Of a DNA stretch of 64,000 nucleotides, positions 62,196 through 64,000 are shown in pieces (positions within the stretch are counted from its first letter, which is position 1; the number at the start of each line of letters is the position of its first letter). Under the pieces are notes generated by a model that saw nothing but the letters and a program-made list of their open reading frames with translations, was not told the origin of the DNA and made no database searches. Source of the DNA: an uncultured candidate division Zixibacteria bacterium (lineage in GTDB: Bacteria; Zixibacteria; MSB-5A5; UBA10806); contig CAWFQL010000017.1 in the NCBI GenBank assembly GCA_963817915.1, positions 416,001-480,000 of the forward strand, in the 5' to 3' direction. A program made the position numbers and the translations under genes.

Positions 62196-64000
<1,805 letters not shown>

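Overview
Bacterial chromosomal window, mostly + strand. A PorV-like gene, proteins with T9SS/FlgD-type C-terminal domains and a TonB-dependent receptor point to a Gram-negative FCB-group organism; a Zixibacteria/KSB1-like candidate phylum is my inference. From left to right: (1) PspC/LiaF-type envelope-stress genes; (2) protein and amino-acid catabolism and housekeeping genes (amino-acid ABC transporter, M1 and S8 peptidases, tetraheme cytochrome c, ECF sigma/anti-sigma pair, asparaginase, tryptophanase, split transketolase, DUF1015-serA-serC, aminotransferase); (3) a block of about 29 kb (21.3-49.9 kb) that reads as a candidate peptidoglycan-utilisation locus. It holds a TonB receptor/secreted protein/PorV/two-lipoprotein module, an eight-gene translationally coupled stem-peptide dismantling operon (dacB, lysA, alr, NlpC/P60, C39-like, LD-carboxypeptidase, Ala-Glu epimerase, amidase), a sugar ABC importer, an uncharacterised four-gene membrane complex with apparent inverted-topology symmetry, and M23 and S11 peptidases; (4) an FG-GAP protein gene between two clusters of REP-like palindromes that share a 95-bp direct repeat; (5) the tRNA-tuf-rpmG-secE-nusG-rplKAJL-rpoB-rpoC core cluster, interrupted by an NDT-like gene. 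Seven genes, including tuf, are frameshifted, nearly all by +1, which is best explained as assembly error. Features missing from the ORF track: a partial PspC gene, a 44-aa zinc-ribbon microprotein, rpmG, partial rpoC and five tRNAs. All family assignments are from motif recognition; no searches were run.
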